A stretch of DNA of 64,000 nucleotides from an uncultured Clostridia bacterium (GTDB lineage: Bacteria; Bacillota; Clostridia; TANB77; CAG-508), in assembly GCA_948560265.1 (NCBI GenBank), contig CAOXTD010000005.1, positions 3,846-67,845 of the forward strand, read 5' to 3'. Below the pieces are notes generated by a model. The model saw only the letters and a list, made by a program, of their open reading frames with translations. It was not told the DNA's origin and did not search any database. The translations under genes and the position numbers were made by a program. Position 1 is the first letter of the stretch; the number at the start of each line of letters is the position of its first letter. Below are positions 9,788 through 20,987 of the stretch, piece by piece.

Positions 9788-10462
9788 ATGAATAAGGAAA
9801 AAATGAAGAAAATTTTAAAAATTATTCTTATAGTTGTATTTATAATTTTTATGTTATTTGTGATAAATACAATTAGAAAACTTATTATCATAAAAGAATT
9901 ACAAAGAAATGTTAGTCAATATATTTATAGCACAAATTATCATATCAAATCTGTATCAAATGAAGATAATGGAATTGTAATGATCTACAATTCTTATCAA
10001 AAAAACGATAAAAAGTTATTTGTAATGGAAAGAGTTGAAAAGGGAAAAACAAATGCCAAAATATCAACATATGATAATGGAAAAGAAAAACACACATTTT
10101 GGGAAGCAGAGGACACTAAAAAAGCAAGTTTAGATTCTCATGTTATTATGATGATGAATTTGTATGACTATTTTGGTGGACAATCTAATATGCAATTAAT
10201 ATGTTCTTGCATAGGTTCAAAGGTAGAAAGTGCAGAATATAAGGGAAAACAATGCTATAGAATAGGAAACTTTAGAAGCGGTAATTGGCTAGATGCTGCT
10301 TATGGTACTTCAGAAGTCTATATTGAAAAAGACACAGGGCTAGTTTTAAAAATAAATTTTGGAACGATTGGCTCGGAAATAGAGTATGAATTTGGTACAG
10401 TACAAGATGAAATCTTTGTAGAACCTGATATTAACCAATATGAATTGACCGAAGATTTATAA
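9788..10462 (+). CDS. Hypothetical TM-anchored protein, paralog of 55538..56230
   Basis: ATG 9788 lies about 10 nt after AAGGAG. It aligns along its whole length with the 55538 product (INTIRKLIIIKE.QR..SQY.SSTNYH.KS...; SNMQLIC; EYKGK.CYR.G.F; IYIEKDTGLV). Confidence 0.6.
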   Translation: MNKEKMKKILKIILIVVFIIFMLFVINTIRKLIIIKELQRNVSQYIYSTNYHIKSVSNEDNGIVMIYNSYQKNDKKLFVMERVEKGKTNAKISTYDNGKEKHTFWEAEDTKKASLDSHVIMMMNLYDYFGGQSNMQLICSCIGSKVESAEYKGKQCYRIGNFRSGNWLDAAYGTSEVYIEKDTGLVLKINFGTIGSEIEYEFGTVQDEIFVEPDINQYELTEDL

Positions 10463-10474
10463 AATGAAGTGAAC

Positions 10475-10520
10475 AGATAATTAGTTGATTGGCTAATTGT
10501 CTGTTTTTATATTATAATTG
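10475..10520 (+). terminator. Rho-independent terminator, which is also copy 2 of the junction module hairpin
   Basis: acagataattag-ttgattgg-ctaattgtctgt followed by a T-run, then atattataattg. About 42 of 46 positions match 9038..9083. Confidence 0.6.
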
Positions 10521-10841
10521 TAATTTTTTTAGATTAGCAAGAAGCAGAGGAAATGAAATATAGAGGAATAAATAAGTAATATTTAATGAAATCTTAATTG
10601 TTGTTTATTAGAAACTATGTTATTATCATAATGCAATCAAAAAGTAATCTATTCTAAGCTTTAAGTACAATGGAGAACTTTATGAAAAAAGAGTTGTCAA
10701 TATTTTTAAGTATTTTTACTATCATGGTATGGAGTAAGATTTCTTTTAATAATGCCTTTAGTATTTTTGATATTATATGTTTTAAGAAGTATAAAGTGTA
10801 AAATACAAAAAGGTAGAATTGCTTAGAAAGGTATAAAATGA

Positions 10842-11219
10842 ATGGAAAAAATAAAAAGATACATTCCCAGAATTATTATATTAGATACAATTATTTGCTT
10901 GTTAATAATAACTATGCTATTCTTTATATTACATTTCTTTAATCTAATGTTTAGACAATGGATATATGTAATGTTTGCAATACTAATTATATTAGGTTTT
11001 ATTATTGGAACAATGCAACTACTTTTGAAAATAAAAAGAAAAGTTATAAAAATTAGTTCAATACTTATATTTATTATTATATTATTACTATCAAGTCCAA
11101 TAGCCTATCTTGGTATAGTGTTTGGATATATGCCTGAACATGTAATTGAAAGAGATGAAAAAAAGTATGATGAAAGTGAAAATGTGTTATCAATAGATGA
11201 AAACAAAATAATTGAATAA
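10842..11219 (+). CDS. Hypothetical multi-TM membrane protein
   Basis: ORF with three predicted TM helices. Family not recognised. Confidence 0.45.
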   Translation: MEKIKRYIPRIIILDTIICLLIITMLFFILHFFNLMFRQWIYVMFAILIILGFIIGTMQLLLKIKRKVIKISSILIFIIILLLSSPIAYLGIVFGYMPEHVIERDEKKYDESENVLSIDENKIIE

Positions 11220-11357
11220 ATTGTAATAAACAGTTATCCAAGAGATTAGTAATCTAAGTGACAAATTTAGAGTTTGAAAATTAATAGAACCTTAATAATT
11301 TTGTATTATACCTTGTGATATAATCAAGTGAAAATAATTTGCAAACTGGAGGACAAT

Positions 11358-12308
11358 ATGAAAAGTAAAGATACATCTAAAAAAATAATGATAGTAGTCT
11401 GTGTAATATTAGTAACCATTGTACTCTTTTCAAATGTAGCATGGTGTATATTTTATATGAAAGAAAAAAATAACTTGAGACACTCTATTATGCCAGTAAC
11501 ACAAGGCGATTATTATCAAGAACAATTAGCACTAGTAAATAATTATGAGCTATTAAAAAAAGAAATAGGCTCAACTGTTGAATATGAAGAAAAAGCAAAA
11601 TATATAGCCTCAAATTTAGATAGAATATCTTATCAAGAAAATAATAAAGCGAAGAAAGAAGTTCCTTTTATTAAGCAAAACCCAGATTATCCAAATGGCT
11701 GCGAATCAGTAAGTGCTGTTATGCTATTGCAAAGCTATGGAATTGGGATAACTGTGGATGAGTTTATAAATGATTACTTAAGGAAAAGTATTATTTACTC
11801 AAAGGATGGTGACAGATATGGACCAGACCCAAGAAGTACTTATGCTGGTGATCCTACAAGTGAAACAATGGGATTTGGAATATTTGAACCAGGTATTCAA
11901 TCAGCTATTGAAAAAGTGTTATATGATAAAGTGAAAGAGGGAATAAACTATAATGTTCGTGGAAGTGGACAAAAGGAACCTTTAGAATATCAGGTAGCAA
12001 GACAACTTCCAATTGTGATATGGGCTACTACAAATTATGAACCTGTTAATGAAATGTGGACATGGAGAAGTTACAATAAAGAATACACTTACACTTATCC
12101 TAAAAATAGCCATACAATAGTTATTACTGGTGTAGATGAAGAATACTATTATGTGAATGACCCTTTACAAGAAGAAGGCAACATAAAAATAGAAAAGAAG
12201 AAATTAGAGGATAGCTTTGATTCGCTTGGAAGACAAGTAATAGGAATTGAAATGTATGATATAAGAGAATTACAACAAGGTGGAGAAATGAAAGGTTTGA
12301 AATGGTAA
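11358..12308 (+). CDS. Membrane-anchored peptidase C39-like (papain-fold, BtrH-N/C39_2-like) protein
   Basis: ATG 11358. It has an N-terminal TM helix, the catalytic-Cys context QNPDYPNGCESVSAVMLLQSYG, and a downstream SHTIVITGVDEEYYYVNDP His region. Confidence 0.7.
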   Translation: MKSKDTSKKIMIVVCVILVTIVLFSNVAWCIFYMKEKNNLRHSIMPVTQGDYYQEQLALVNNYELLKKEIGSTVEYEEKAKYIASNLDRISYQENNKAKKEVPFIKQNPDYPNGCESVSAVMLLQSYGIGITVDEFINDYLRKSIIYSKDGDRYGPDPRSTYAGDPTSETMGFGIFEPGIQSAIEKVLYDKVKEGINYNVRGSGQKEPLEYQVARQLPIVIWATTNYEPVNEMWTWRSYNKEYTYTYPKNSHTIVITGVDEEYYYVNDPLQEEGNIKIEKKKLEDSFDSLGRQVIGIEMYDIRELQQGGEMKGLKW

Positions 12309-12336
12309 AATAAAGTGATAATTAAAGTCTAGAAAG

Positions 12337-12361
12337 GAGCCGGAATTTTGGCTCTTTTTTA
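12337..12361 (+). terminator. Rho-independent terminator
   Basis: gagcc-ggaatttt-ggctc followed by T6. Confidence 0.6.
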
Positions 12362-13250
12362 GGCTTTAATACTAATTTCTTTTTGCAATTCATTTAGAAA
12401 TTCTTGAGAAGCTTTAGAAAACACCTGATACTTTTTCCATACTATTACTAGATTAGTTGTTAAATTAGGAATGATAGGTTTAAAGCATAAATTGCTATCA
12501 GCAGTTAGATTAATTAATTTATCAAGTGTTAAGGCATACCCAAATCCAGCTTCCACATACAAAGAAGCATTGTAAATTAAATTGTAAGTTGCTACAACAT
12601 TTAATTTTTCAGTATTATTTCCAAACCAAGTAGAAAACTCATTATTGGCAAGTGCTTGCCTTGAACAAAGCAGTGGAATATTCATAAGTTCATTAGGTTC
12701 GATATAGTCTTTTTTGGCTAAAGGACTGTCTTTTCTCATTAAAAGCCCCCAAGTGTCAAAACAAGGTAATTTTATATAGCCATATTTCTTTATATCAGTT
12801 GGCTCAATTAAAACGCCAAAATCAATAAGCCCTTTATCTAGTTTCTCCATAACATCTTCACTATTTCCGGCTGAAAAGGTGGTAATGAATATCAGGGTAC
12901 TTTTTTTGCAATTTACTACTTACTTTTGCAATAATCTTCATTCCCTCTGTTTCGCCAGCACCTATATAAATATCACCGCTTATTATTTCATTATCCAAAT
13001 TTTTAAGTTCTGATTGAGTTTTCTCTATTAAATCAACAATTTCGCTAGCCCTTTTACGAAGTAATATACCATCTTCTGTTAGCGTTATTTTTCTTTTTCC
13101 TCTAATAAATAACTGTTTACCAAGTTCATGTTCTAGTTCCATAAGTTGCTTGGAAAGAGTAGGTTGTGTTATATGTAAAATCTCAGCAGCAGCAGTTATA
13201 TTTTCTTCTCTTGCCACTGCTAAAAAATACTTCAATAGTCTAATTTCCAT
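12359..13250 (-). pseudogene. LysR family transcriptional regulator. The frame is broken by one extra C (in-frame CGG at 12869..12867). It may be recoded.
   Basis: The N-terminal HTH ORF (12861..13250, ITAAAEILHITQPTLSKQLMELE) and the substrate-binding ORF (12359..12850) are split. The sense strand reads ttc agc C gga aat agt gaa gat gtt atg gag. Skipping the C gives HYHLFSGNSEDVMEKLDKGLIDFG. Confidence 0.85.
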
Positions 13251-13402
13251 ATAAAATTCCTCCGTTGGTTTATTTCGTATAACATTATATCATTTCTTAT
13301 TATTCCTGTAAACTATGATAAACCATTCAAAATAAATATTGGTTATTTTTAAAATGCTAGTATATAATAAAATTAAATTTCAAGTAATCTTTTTGGGAGG
13401 AA

Positions 13403-14353
13403 ATGATGAGCAAGAAAATATTAATTCTTGTAATATTGGCTATTATTGCGATAATGGTAAGTGTTATATATATAAATCTAAAAGTAAAATCAGGGGAGGA
13501 GCAAGAAATAGGAATGAACCATACTGATAACAAAAATCCAAATTTCAATTTTAAAACAAAAACAGTGAAATTAAATAGTGGATATGAAATGCCACTAAAT
13601 GGAATAGGAACATATAGCTTAACAGGAGAAACTTGCTACAATTCTATCGTAAGTGCGTTAAACTCAGGTGTTAGATTGATAGATACAGCTTATATGTATA
13701 ACAATGAAGAAGAAATAGGAAAAGGAATTAAAGCTTCAAATGTTCCAAGAGAAGAAATCTTTATTATTACTAAGCTATATCCAAATCAATTTGATAAACC
13801 AGAAGAAGCAATAGAAATGGCTTTTGAGAAGCTAAATGTTGATTATATTGATATGATGTTATTGCATCACCCAGGAACAAATGATGTAAAAGCATATAAA
13901 GCAATGGAGAAGTATGTAAAACAAGGTAAAATTCGCTCTATTGGATTATCTAATTGGTATGTAAAAGAATTAGAAGAATTTTTGCCACAAATTGATATAA
14001 TGCCTAGTTTAGTACAAAATGAAATACATCCATATTATCAAGAAAATGATGTAATACCATATATTCAAAACAAAGGAATTGTAGTACAAGGCTGGTATCC
14101 TTTTGGCGGTAGAGGACACACCCAAGAGTTATTAAATGATAAAGTGATTAGTGAAATTGCTAAGAATCATAATGTAACATCAGCACAAGTTATTTTAAGA
14201 TGGAATTTACAAAAAGGTGTTGTTGTAATACCAGGTTCAAGTAACCCTGAGCATATCAAAGAAAATACGCAAATTTATCATTTTGAATTAACTAATGAAG
14301 AAATGGAGAAAATCAATAAATTAGACCGTAATGAAAAGCATGATTGGTATTAG
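13403..14353 (+). CDS. Aldo/keto reductase with an N-terminal membrane anchor
   Basis: AKR motifs are present (LNSGYEMPLNGIGTY; IDTAYMYNNEEEIG; LLHHPG; IRSIGLSNW; VIPGSSNPEHIKEN). It is divergent from the LysR gene. Confidence 0.85.
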   Translation: MMSKKILILVILAIIAIMVSVIYINLKVKSGEEQEIGMNHTDNKNPNFNFKTKTVKLNSGYEMPLNGIGTYSLTGETCYNSIVSALNSGVRLIDTAYMYNNEEEIGKGIKASNVPREEIFIITKLYPNQFDKPEEAIEMAFEKLNVDYIDMMLLHHPGTNDVKAYKAMEKYVKQGKIRSIGLSNWYVKELEEFLPQIDIMPSLVQNEIHPYYQENDVIPYIQNKGIVVQGWYPFGGRGHTQELLNDKVISEIAKNHNVTSAQVILRWNLQKGVVVIPGSSNPEHIKENTQIYHFELTNEEMEKINKLDRNEKHDWY

Positions 14354-14442
14354 GAGGTGTTGAAATGAAAGTATTAGAGGAAGTTGCATGTATGAAATAT
14401 GGCATATTTGTTAAATAAATTAAAAGAAAGAGGGTAAAAATT

Positions 14443-15432
14443 ATGGAAGAAAAGTTAAATTTAGTTCAAGAATGGGATAAAACATTCCCAAAAAGTGAGA
14501 AAGTAAATCATAGTAAGGTAACATTTCACAATAGATATGGAATGACTTTAGTTGCAGATATGTATGTTCCAAAAAATATGAAAGAAAAATTACCTGCAAT
14601 AGCAGTATGTGGACCTTTTGGAGCAGTAAAAGAACAAGCAAGTGGGTTGTATGCTATGAATATGGCAGAAAGAGGATTTTTGACAATAGCATTTGATCCG
14701 TCATTTACTGGAGAGAGTTCAGGAACACCAAGATATATGGCAAGTCCTGATATTAATACAGAAGATTTCCAAGCAGCAGTAGACTTTTTATCAGTTCAGG
14801 AAAATGTTGATTCTGAAAAGATTGGAATTATAGGGATTTGTGGATGGGGTGGAATGGCTATAAATGTAGCAGCTCTTGACACCAGAATAAAAGCTACTGT
14901 TGTATCTACAATGTATGATATGACAAGAGTAAACGCAAATGGATATTTTGATGAAGGGGATAATGAAGAAACAAGATACAATAATAAAGTAGCTTTAAAT
15001 GCACAAAGAATTAGAGATTATAAAAATGGAAGTTATGAGTTAGGGGGAGGATGTTTAGAACTTCCTGTGCCAGAAGATGCTCCATTCTATGTTAAAGACT
15101 ATAGCGAATATTATAAAGGAAGAAGTTATCATTCAAGAAGTTTAAATTCAAATGGTGGTTGGAATAAAATCGGCTGTATGTCGTTTATCAATCAACCTAT
15201 ATTAAAATATAGTAACGAGATTCGTTCAGCAGTATTGATTATACATGGAGAAAAAGCTCATTCTTGTTATTTTAGTAAAGATGCTTATAAGGCTATGACT
15301 ACAAATAGTAAATATACAGATAATAAAGAATTAATGATAATTCCAAATGCTGTTCATACTGATTTATATGATAATATGAATATAATACCTTTTGATAAAA
15401 TAGAAGAATTCTTAAACAATAATTTGAAATAA
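14443..15432 (+). CDS. Alpha/beta hydrolase
   Basis: Nucleophile elbow GICGWGG, and length and pattern typical of alpha/beta-fold hydrolases. Confidence 0.75.
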   Translation: MEEKLNLVQEWDKTFPKSEKVNHSKVTFHNRYGMTLVADMYVPKNMKEKLPAIAVCGPFGAVKEQASGLYAMNMAERGFLTIAFDPSFTGESSGTPRYMASPDINTEDFQAAVDFLSVQENVDSEKIGIIGICGWGGMAINVAALDTRIKATVVSTMYDMTRVNANGYFDEGDNEETRYNNKVALNAQRIRDYKNGSYELGGGCLELPVPEDAPFYVKDYSEYYKGRSYHSRSLNSNGGWNKIGCMSFINQPILKYSNEIRSAVLIIHGEKAHSCYFSKDAYKAMTTNSKYTDNKELMIIPNAVHTDLYDNMNIIPFDKIEEFLNNNLK

Positions 15433-15467
15433 TTATCTTGGTAAATTATATGTATAAAGAAGATTAT

Positions 15468-15495
15468 ACCCAATGGAAAGAATTTTCCATTGGGT
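15468..15495. terminator. Hairpin between convergent genes (possibly a bidirectional terminator)
   Basis: acccaatggaaa-gaa-ttttccattgggt. Confidence 0.6.
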
Positions 15496-15535
15496 ACAAT
15501 TTATCTTAAGCTAGTCTTAAATTTGACTATAATGA

Positions 15536-17173
<1,638 letters not shown>

Positions 17174-17237
17174 TCATATACCTCCTTTGTATAGAGTAAG
17201 AGAAAACTTACTCCATATAATATATGCTTGTATTTTT

Positions 17238-18320
17238 CTATTGGTTAGTAGTTTCTTTATTTTGAAAATAATTTTTATTATATAAAAAGGCCTTATCATT
17301 AGGCTTTAATTCACCAGCTTTATTGTTATATAAGAGGGCTTTTTCAGTATCGCCAATTTTGTCATAACATACACAAAGCTGAATATATGGGATATATCCA
17401 AAATAATCTGCATTATGAAATCCGCCACTTTTCATATCTGGTTTATTTGAAATAGCTAATTCATACCAGAAAATGGCAATTTCTATGTGATTATTTTCTA
17501 GAAAATGATTACCTAATTTGCAACATACTTCAGGTCTAGGTTTATCAAATTCAAAACTTCTAAGCAATGCTATAAAAGCGTTAGTATTGTCATTTATCTT
17601 TTGATAGCAGTCAGATAAATCAACACAAGCACTAATGCAGTTTTCAATCCAACCTTGTTTGGAATTTAAAAAATTATTGAAACTCTCAATGGCTTTTTGG
17701 TATTGACCATTGTAATAGAGCTCTCTGGAATAATAAAATTGTTGTCTTGGGTCAAGTTCTAAACCTTCCGCAATCATCTTATTAAAGATTTTCAAGTTTC
17801 TACCTTTCTCACTGGGATGTAATTTTTTGTGTGCAATTGCAATATCAGAATATATAATATTTCCACTAGGGGGAATTACCTCATGAATAGGGCTAATCCA
17901 TTGATAATTTTTCTTACGAGATATTAATCTTTCTCTATAGTAAGAAAGTGTTGGATTATCATATTCATCAAATGCAACATTATATTTCATCATTACCATA
18001 TCAACAGATGGATCTAAAGTATTTTTTAGTTGTTTTAAGTTAGCAAGGTCGTTTTCAAAAATAACATCATCAGCATCTAACCACATAATATAATCCTTAC
18101 TAGCCTTTGAAAAGGCATAGTTTCGAGCTTTAGAAAAATCATCTACCCAATTGAAATGATATATTTGATTGGTATATTTTTTTACAATTTCTAGTGTAGA
18201 GTCAGTAGAACCAGTATCTACTACTATAATTTCATCAACGACGTCTTTTACACATTCTAGACAACGCCCAATAACATCTTCCTCATTTTTTACAATCATA
18301 CATAAACTAATGCTAATCAT
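17238..18320 (-). CDS. Family 2 glycosyltransferase with a C-terminal TPR domain
   Basis: The N-terminal GT-A signature is ISLCMIVKNEEDVIGRCLECV...VVDTGSTDST...WLDADD. The C-terminal half is TPR-like. It lies directly upstream of, and co-oriented with, the collagen-like gene. Confidence 0.85.
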   Translation of the reverse strand: MISISLCMIVKNEEDVIGRCLECVKDVVDEIIVVDTGSTDSTLEIVKKYTNQIYHFNWVDDFSKARNYAFSKASKDYIMWLDADDVIFENDLANLKQLKNTLDPSVDMVMMKYNVAFDEYDNPTLSYYRERLISRKKNYQWISPIHEVIPPSGNIIYSDIAIAHKKLHPSEKGRNLKIFNKMIAEGLELDPRQQFYYSRELYYNGQYQKAIESFNNFLNSKQGWIENCISACVDLSDCYQKINDNTNAFIALLRSFEFDKPRPEVCCKLGNHFLENNHIEIAIFWYELAISNKPDMKSGGFHNADYFGYIPYIQLCVCYDKIGDTEKALLYNNKAGELKPNDKAFLYNKNYFQNKETTNQ

Positions 18321-18545
18321 ACAAAATCTCCTTTTGTGTCATAATATGAAGATAAAAAATATTTTGTTCCTTGTGTGGATAAGAGTTTTATTGTAATAAA
18401 AATGCAGTTCAATGTGAGAGGACTAAAATATATTGACAAGTGGGTAAATATAATATAAAATACAAACAGCGGTTCTTTTGGAAAATTTGGAATTAAAAAT
18501 GAAAGAGATGAGATTAATTGAAGGATATAGGAGGGCGATGCTCAG

Positions 18546-19592
18546 TTGAAGAAAAATGAAAAAGAAATTACTATTCGTTCAAGTGCGGCAGAATATTTAA
18601 CTTATATAGCTGCTACAGGAGATAATCCAGAAAGTATAGAAGTAAGGTACGAAGATGAAAATATTTGGCTAACACAAAAGATGTTAGCAACAATATATAA
18701 TGTTTCAGTATCTGCAATTAATCAGCATATAAAGAAAATATATGAAGATAATGAGTTAGAAGAAAAGTCAACTATTAAGAATTTCTTAATAGTTCAAAAA
18801 GAAGGTAATAGAGAGATTTCTAGAAATGTGGCTCATTATAATTTACAAATGATAATTAGTGTTGGATTTAAAGTTAATAATGAAAGAGCAGTACAATTTA
18901 GAAAATGGGCAAATCAAATTGTAAAAGATTACACAATAAAAGGTTGGGTAATGGATGACGAACGATTAAAAAATGGAGGTTCAATTTTAACTGAAAAATA
19001 CTTTGAAGAGCAATTAGAACGAGTTAGAGAAATAAGGATGTCGGAAAGAAAATTTTACCAAAAGATTACTGATATTTATGCAACGTCAATTGATTATGAT
19101 AAAACTGCTCAAGCGACTATTAGATTTTTTACGGCAGTTCAAAATAAACTACATTATGCTGTTTCAGGAAATACAGCAGCAGAAATAATTTATAATAGAG
19201 CAGATTATAGAAAAGAGCATATGGGATTAAAAACATGGGAAGGTGCTCCAAATAGTAAAATACATAAATATGATGTGACAATTGCAAAAAATTATTTATT
19301 GGAAGATGAAATTGCTCAGTTAGAAAGATTGGTTTCAGCATATTTAGATTTAGCAGAAATGCAAGCAATGCGACATATACCTATGACAATGGAGGATTGG
19401 GAAGAAAGATTGAATGGATTTCTAACATTGTGGGACCACGACATTTTGCAAGATAATGGAAGAATATCAGCAGAAATGGCTAAATTGCATGCTGAAACAG
19501 AGTTTGAAAAGTATAGAGTTATACAAGATAAAAACTATATTTCAGATTTTGATGAGTTAATAGCAGAAACAAAAAATCTAAATAATGTCTGA
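18546..19592 (+). CDS. RhuM family virulence-associated protein
   Basis: Conserved RhuM core ERKFYQKITDIYATSIDYDKTAQATIRFFTAVQNKLHYAVSGNTAAEIIYNRAD. A TTG start lies 11 nt after AGGAGG. Confidence 0.8.
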   Translation: MKKNEKEITIRSSAAEYLTYIAATGDNPESIEVRYEDENIWLTQKMLATIYNVSVSAINQHIKKIYEDNELEEKSTIKNFLIVQKEGNREISRNVAHYNLQMIISVGFKVNNERAVQFRKWANQIVKDYTIKGWVMDDERLKNGGSILTEKYFEEQLERVREIRMSERKFYQKITDIYATSIDYDKTAQATIRFFTAVQNKLHYAVSGNTAAEIIYNRADYRKEHMGLKTWEGAPNSKIHKYDVTIAKNYLLEDEIAQLERLVSAYLDLAEMQAMRHIPMTMEDWEERLNGFLTLWDHDILQDNGRISAEMAKLHAETEFEKYRVIQDKNYISDFDELIAETKNLNNV

Positions 19593-19668
19593 GTGACAAC
19601 TAGTAATTTGTAGAAAAAATATATTACTATTAGTTATTGTATAATAATTGTGAAAGGATAGAAAAATT

Positions 19669-20270
19669 ATGGATGATAAAATAAAAGTTTCAAAGGAAAA
19701 TTTAGAAAATTATTATTTAACTATGATTTTGATTAATAATTCATATAAAAATCAAGTATTTGGTATAAATAAAAACTGTGAACCTTTTTTAGATAGATTT
19801 AAGGAGTACTTCAAATGTGATATTAATGATAAATTATATATTACTATGTTTAATTATGTAAAGCTGTCTGTGGAATATTTACAAATGCAATCGGCAATAA
19901 CAATTATGTATCATCTTTTTGAACAATTTATTAAGGTATTTTTTTGTATTAATATGGACAAAGATTATTTTACTGAAGCAAAGAAGATTGTAGAAAAGTA
20001 TGAATATAATTTTGAAGATAATACTTACTATGAGATTGTTAATAAATACAGATTATTAAATAATTTTATAAAACATGGAGGGAGTACAGAACTAGAAAAA
20101 AATACTCAGAATTAATAAATAAAGATTGTTGTTTTGATAAATATGGTAGTATATTAGACAATTCTTTAAATATAGATAATGATAATATTGATGAATGTTG
20201 TGTAGGGCTATGTAATTTTATTAAGGAGATGTATATATTTTTTGAAGATATGGGATATATTGATGAATAA
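19669..20270 (+). pseudogene. Hypothetical protein whose frame is interrupted in an A7 run (20096-20102)
   Basis: The ORF 19669..20115 stops at NTQN*. The neighbouring frame stays open to 20270 (..YSELINKDCCFDKYGSILDNSL...EDMGYIDE*). One additional A would fuse them (STELEKKYSELINKD). Confidence 0.5.
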
Positions 20271-20344
20271 TAAAATATTCAAAAGATACATAAATAATAT
20301 TATATAAATTAAAAATTTATTAAATCGTCGTATATAGAGTAAAC

Positions 20345-20418
20345 GATTAGTTAATAATTGTCTGCTTTTATTATAATATAGTGAATATAAAATAGTAAGT
20401 TGTAGAGGAGATATAAAA
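20345..20418 (+). repeat. Cassette junction module, copy 3: degenerate hairpin, then ttattataatat, then leader aaatagtaagttgtagaggag
   Basis: It aligns with 9038..9117 and ends at the ATG of the next gene. Confidence 0.45.
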
Positions 20419-20877
20419 ATGAGAAAGTTTTCAATAATGCTTTTAATTTTATTAGTAATTAGTGTAGGTTTCAATATTTATTTTTTGGTGATTAACCAAG
20501 AAAAACAAGTTGCACAGTCATATCTAGAAGGAAAATATGAAGGTGGAAGAACATATTACAATTACAGTGATGATAAAGAGTATGTACCAAAAGATTATTG
20601 GGACTTGGGATATGGCAAAACAAGTAATACATTGATATTCTATAAGAATGGTACTATGACTTATAATAATTTTGCGGGGACATATTCATATAGTCCAAAA
20701 ATTAAAATTATAACTTTTTCATTTAGAAGAAATAATCAAGAGGAAACATATACCTTTGAAGTTAGTGATGATTTAAAAATATTAAAAAGCACTAACAAAG
20801 ACGATAATACAGGTCTAATAAATGGAGAGAAACTTCCATATTTTATTGAAGAATATTTATTGAAACAAAAAGAATAA
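20419..20877 (+). CDS. Hypothetical secreted or membrane-anchored protein
   Basis: N-terminal signal/anchor sequence with a good RBS. Family not recognised. Confidence 0.55.
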   Translation: MRKFSIMLLILLVISVGFNIYFLVINQEKQVAQSYLEGKYEGGRTYYNYSDDKEYVPKDYWDLGYGKTSNTLIFYKNGTMTYNNFAGTYSYSPKIKIITFSFRRNNQEETYTFEVSDDLKILKSTNKDDNTGLINGEKLPYFIEEYLLKQKE

Positions 20878-20987
20878 ACTTATAAATTACAATTTTGTAG
20901 TTTGAAAGATTTATAGTAATTTATCATTAAAATTAAAAATATGAAGAAATATATTTTATAAGAAGTAAAACAAATAAGGAGAGAAAA

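Noticed and set aside
18557-18601. A short ORF overlapping the RhuM start that contains an in-frame CGG (gtg cgg cag).
   Set aside because: It has 15 codons and ends at TAA. A +1 shift there does not open a meaningful frame. The RhuM frame, in which this reads GCG GCA, is the supported one.
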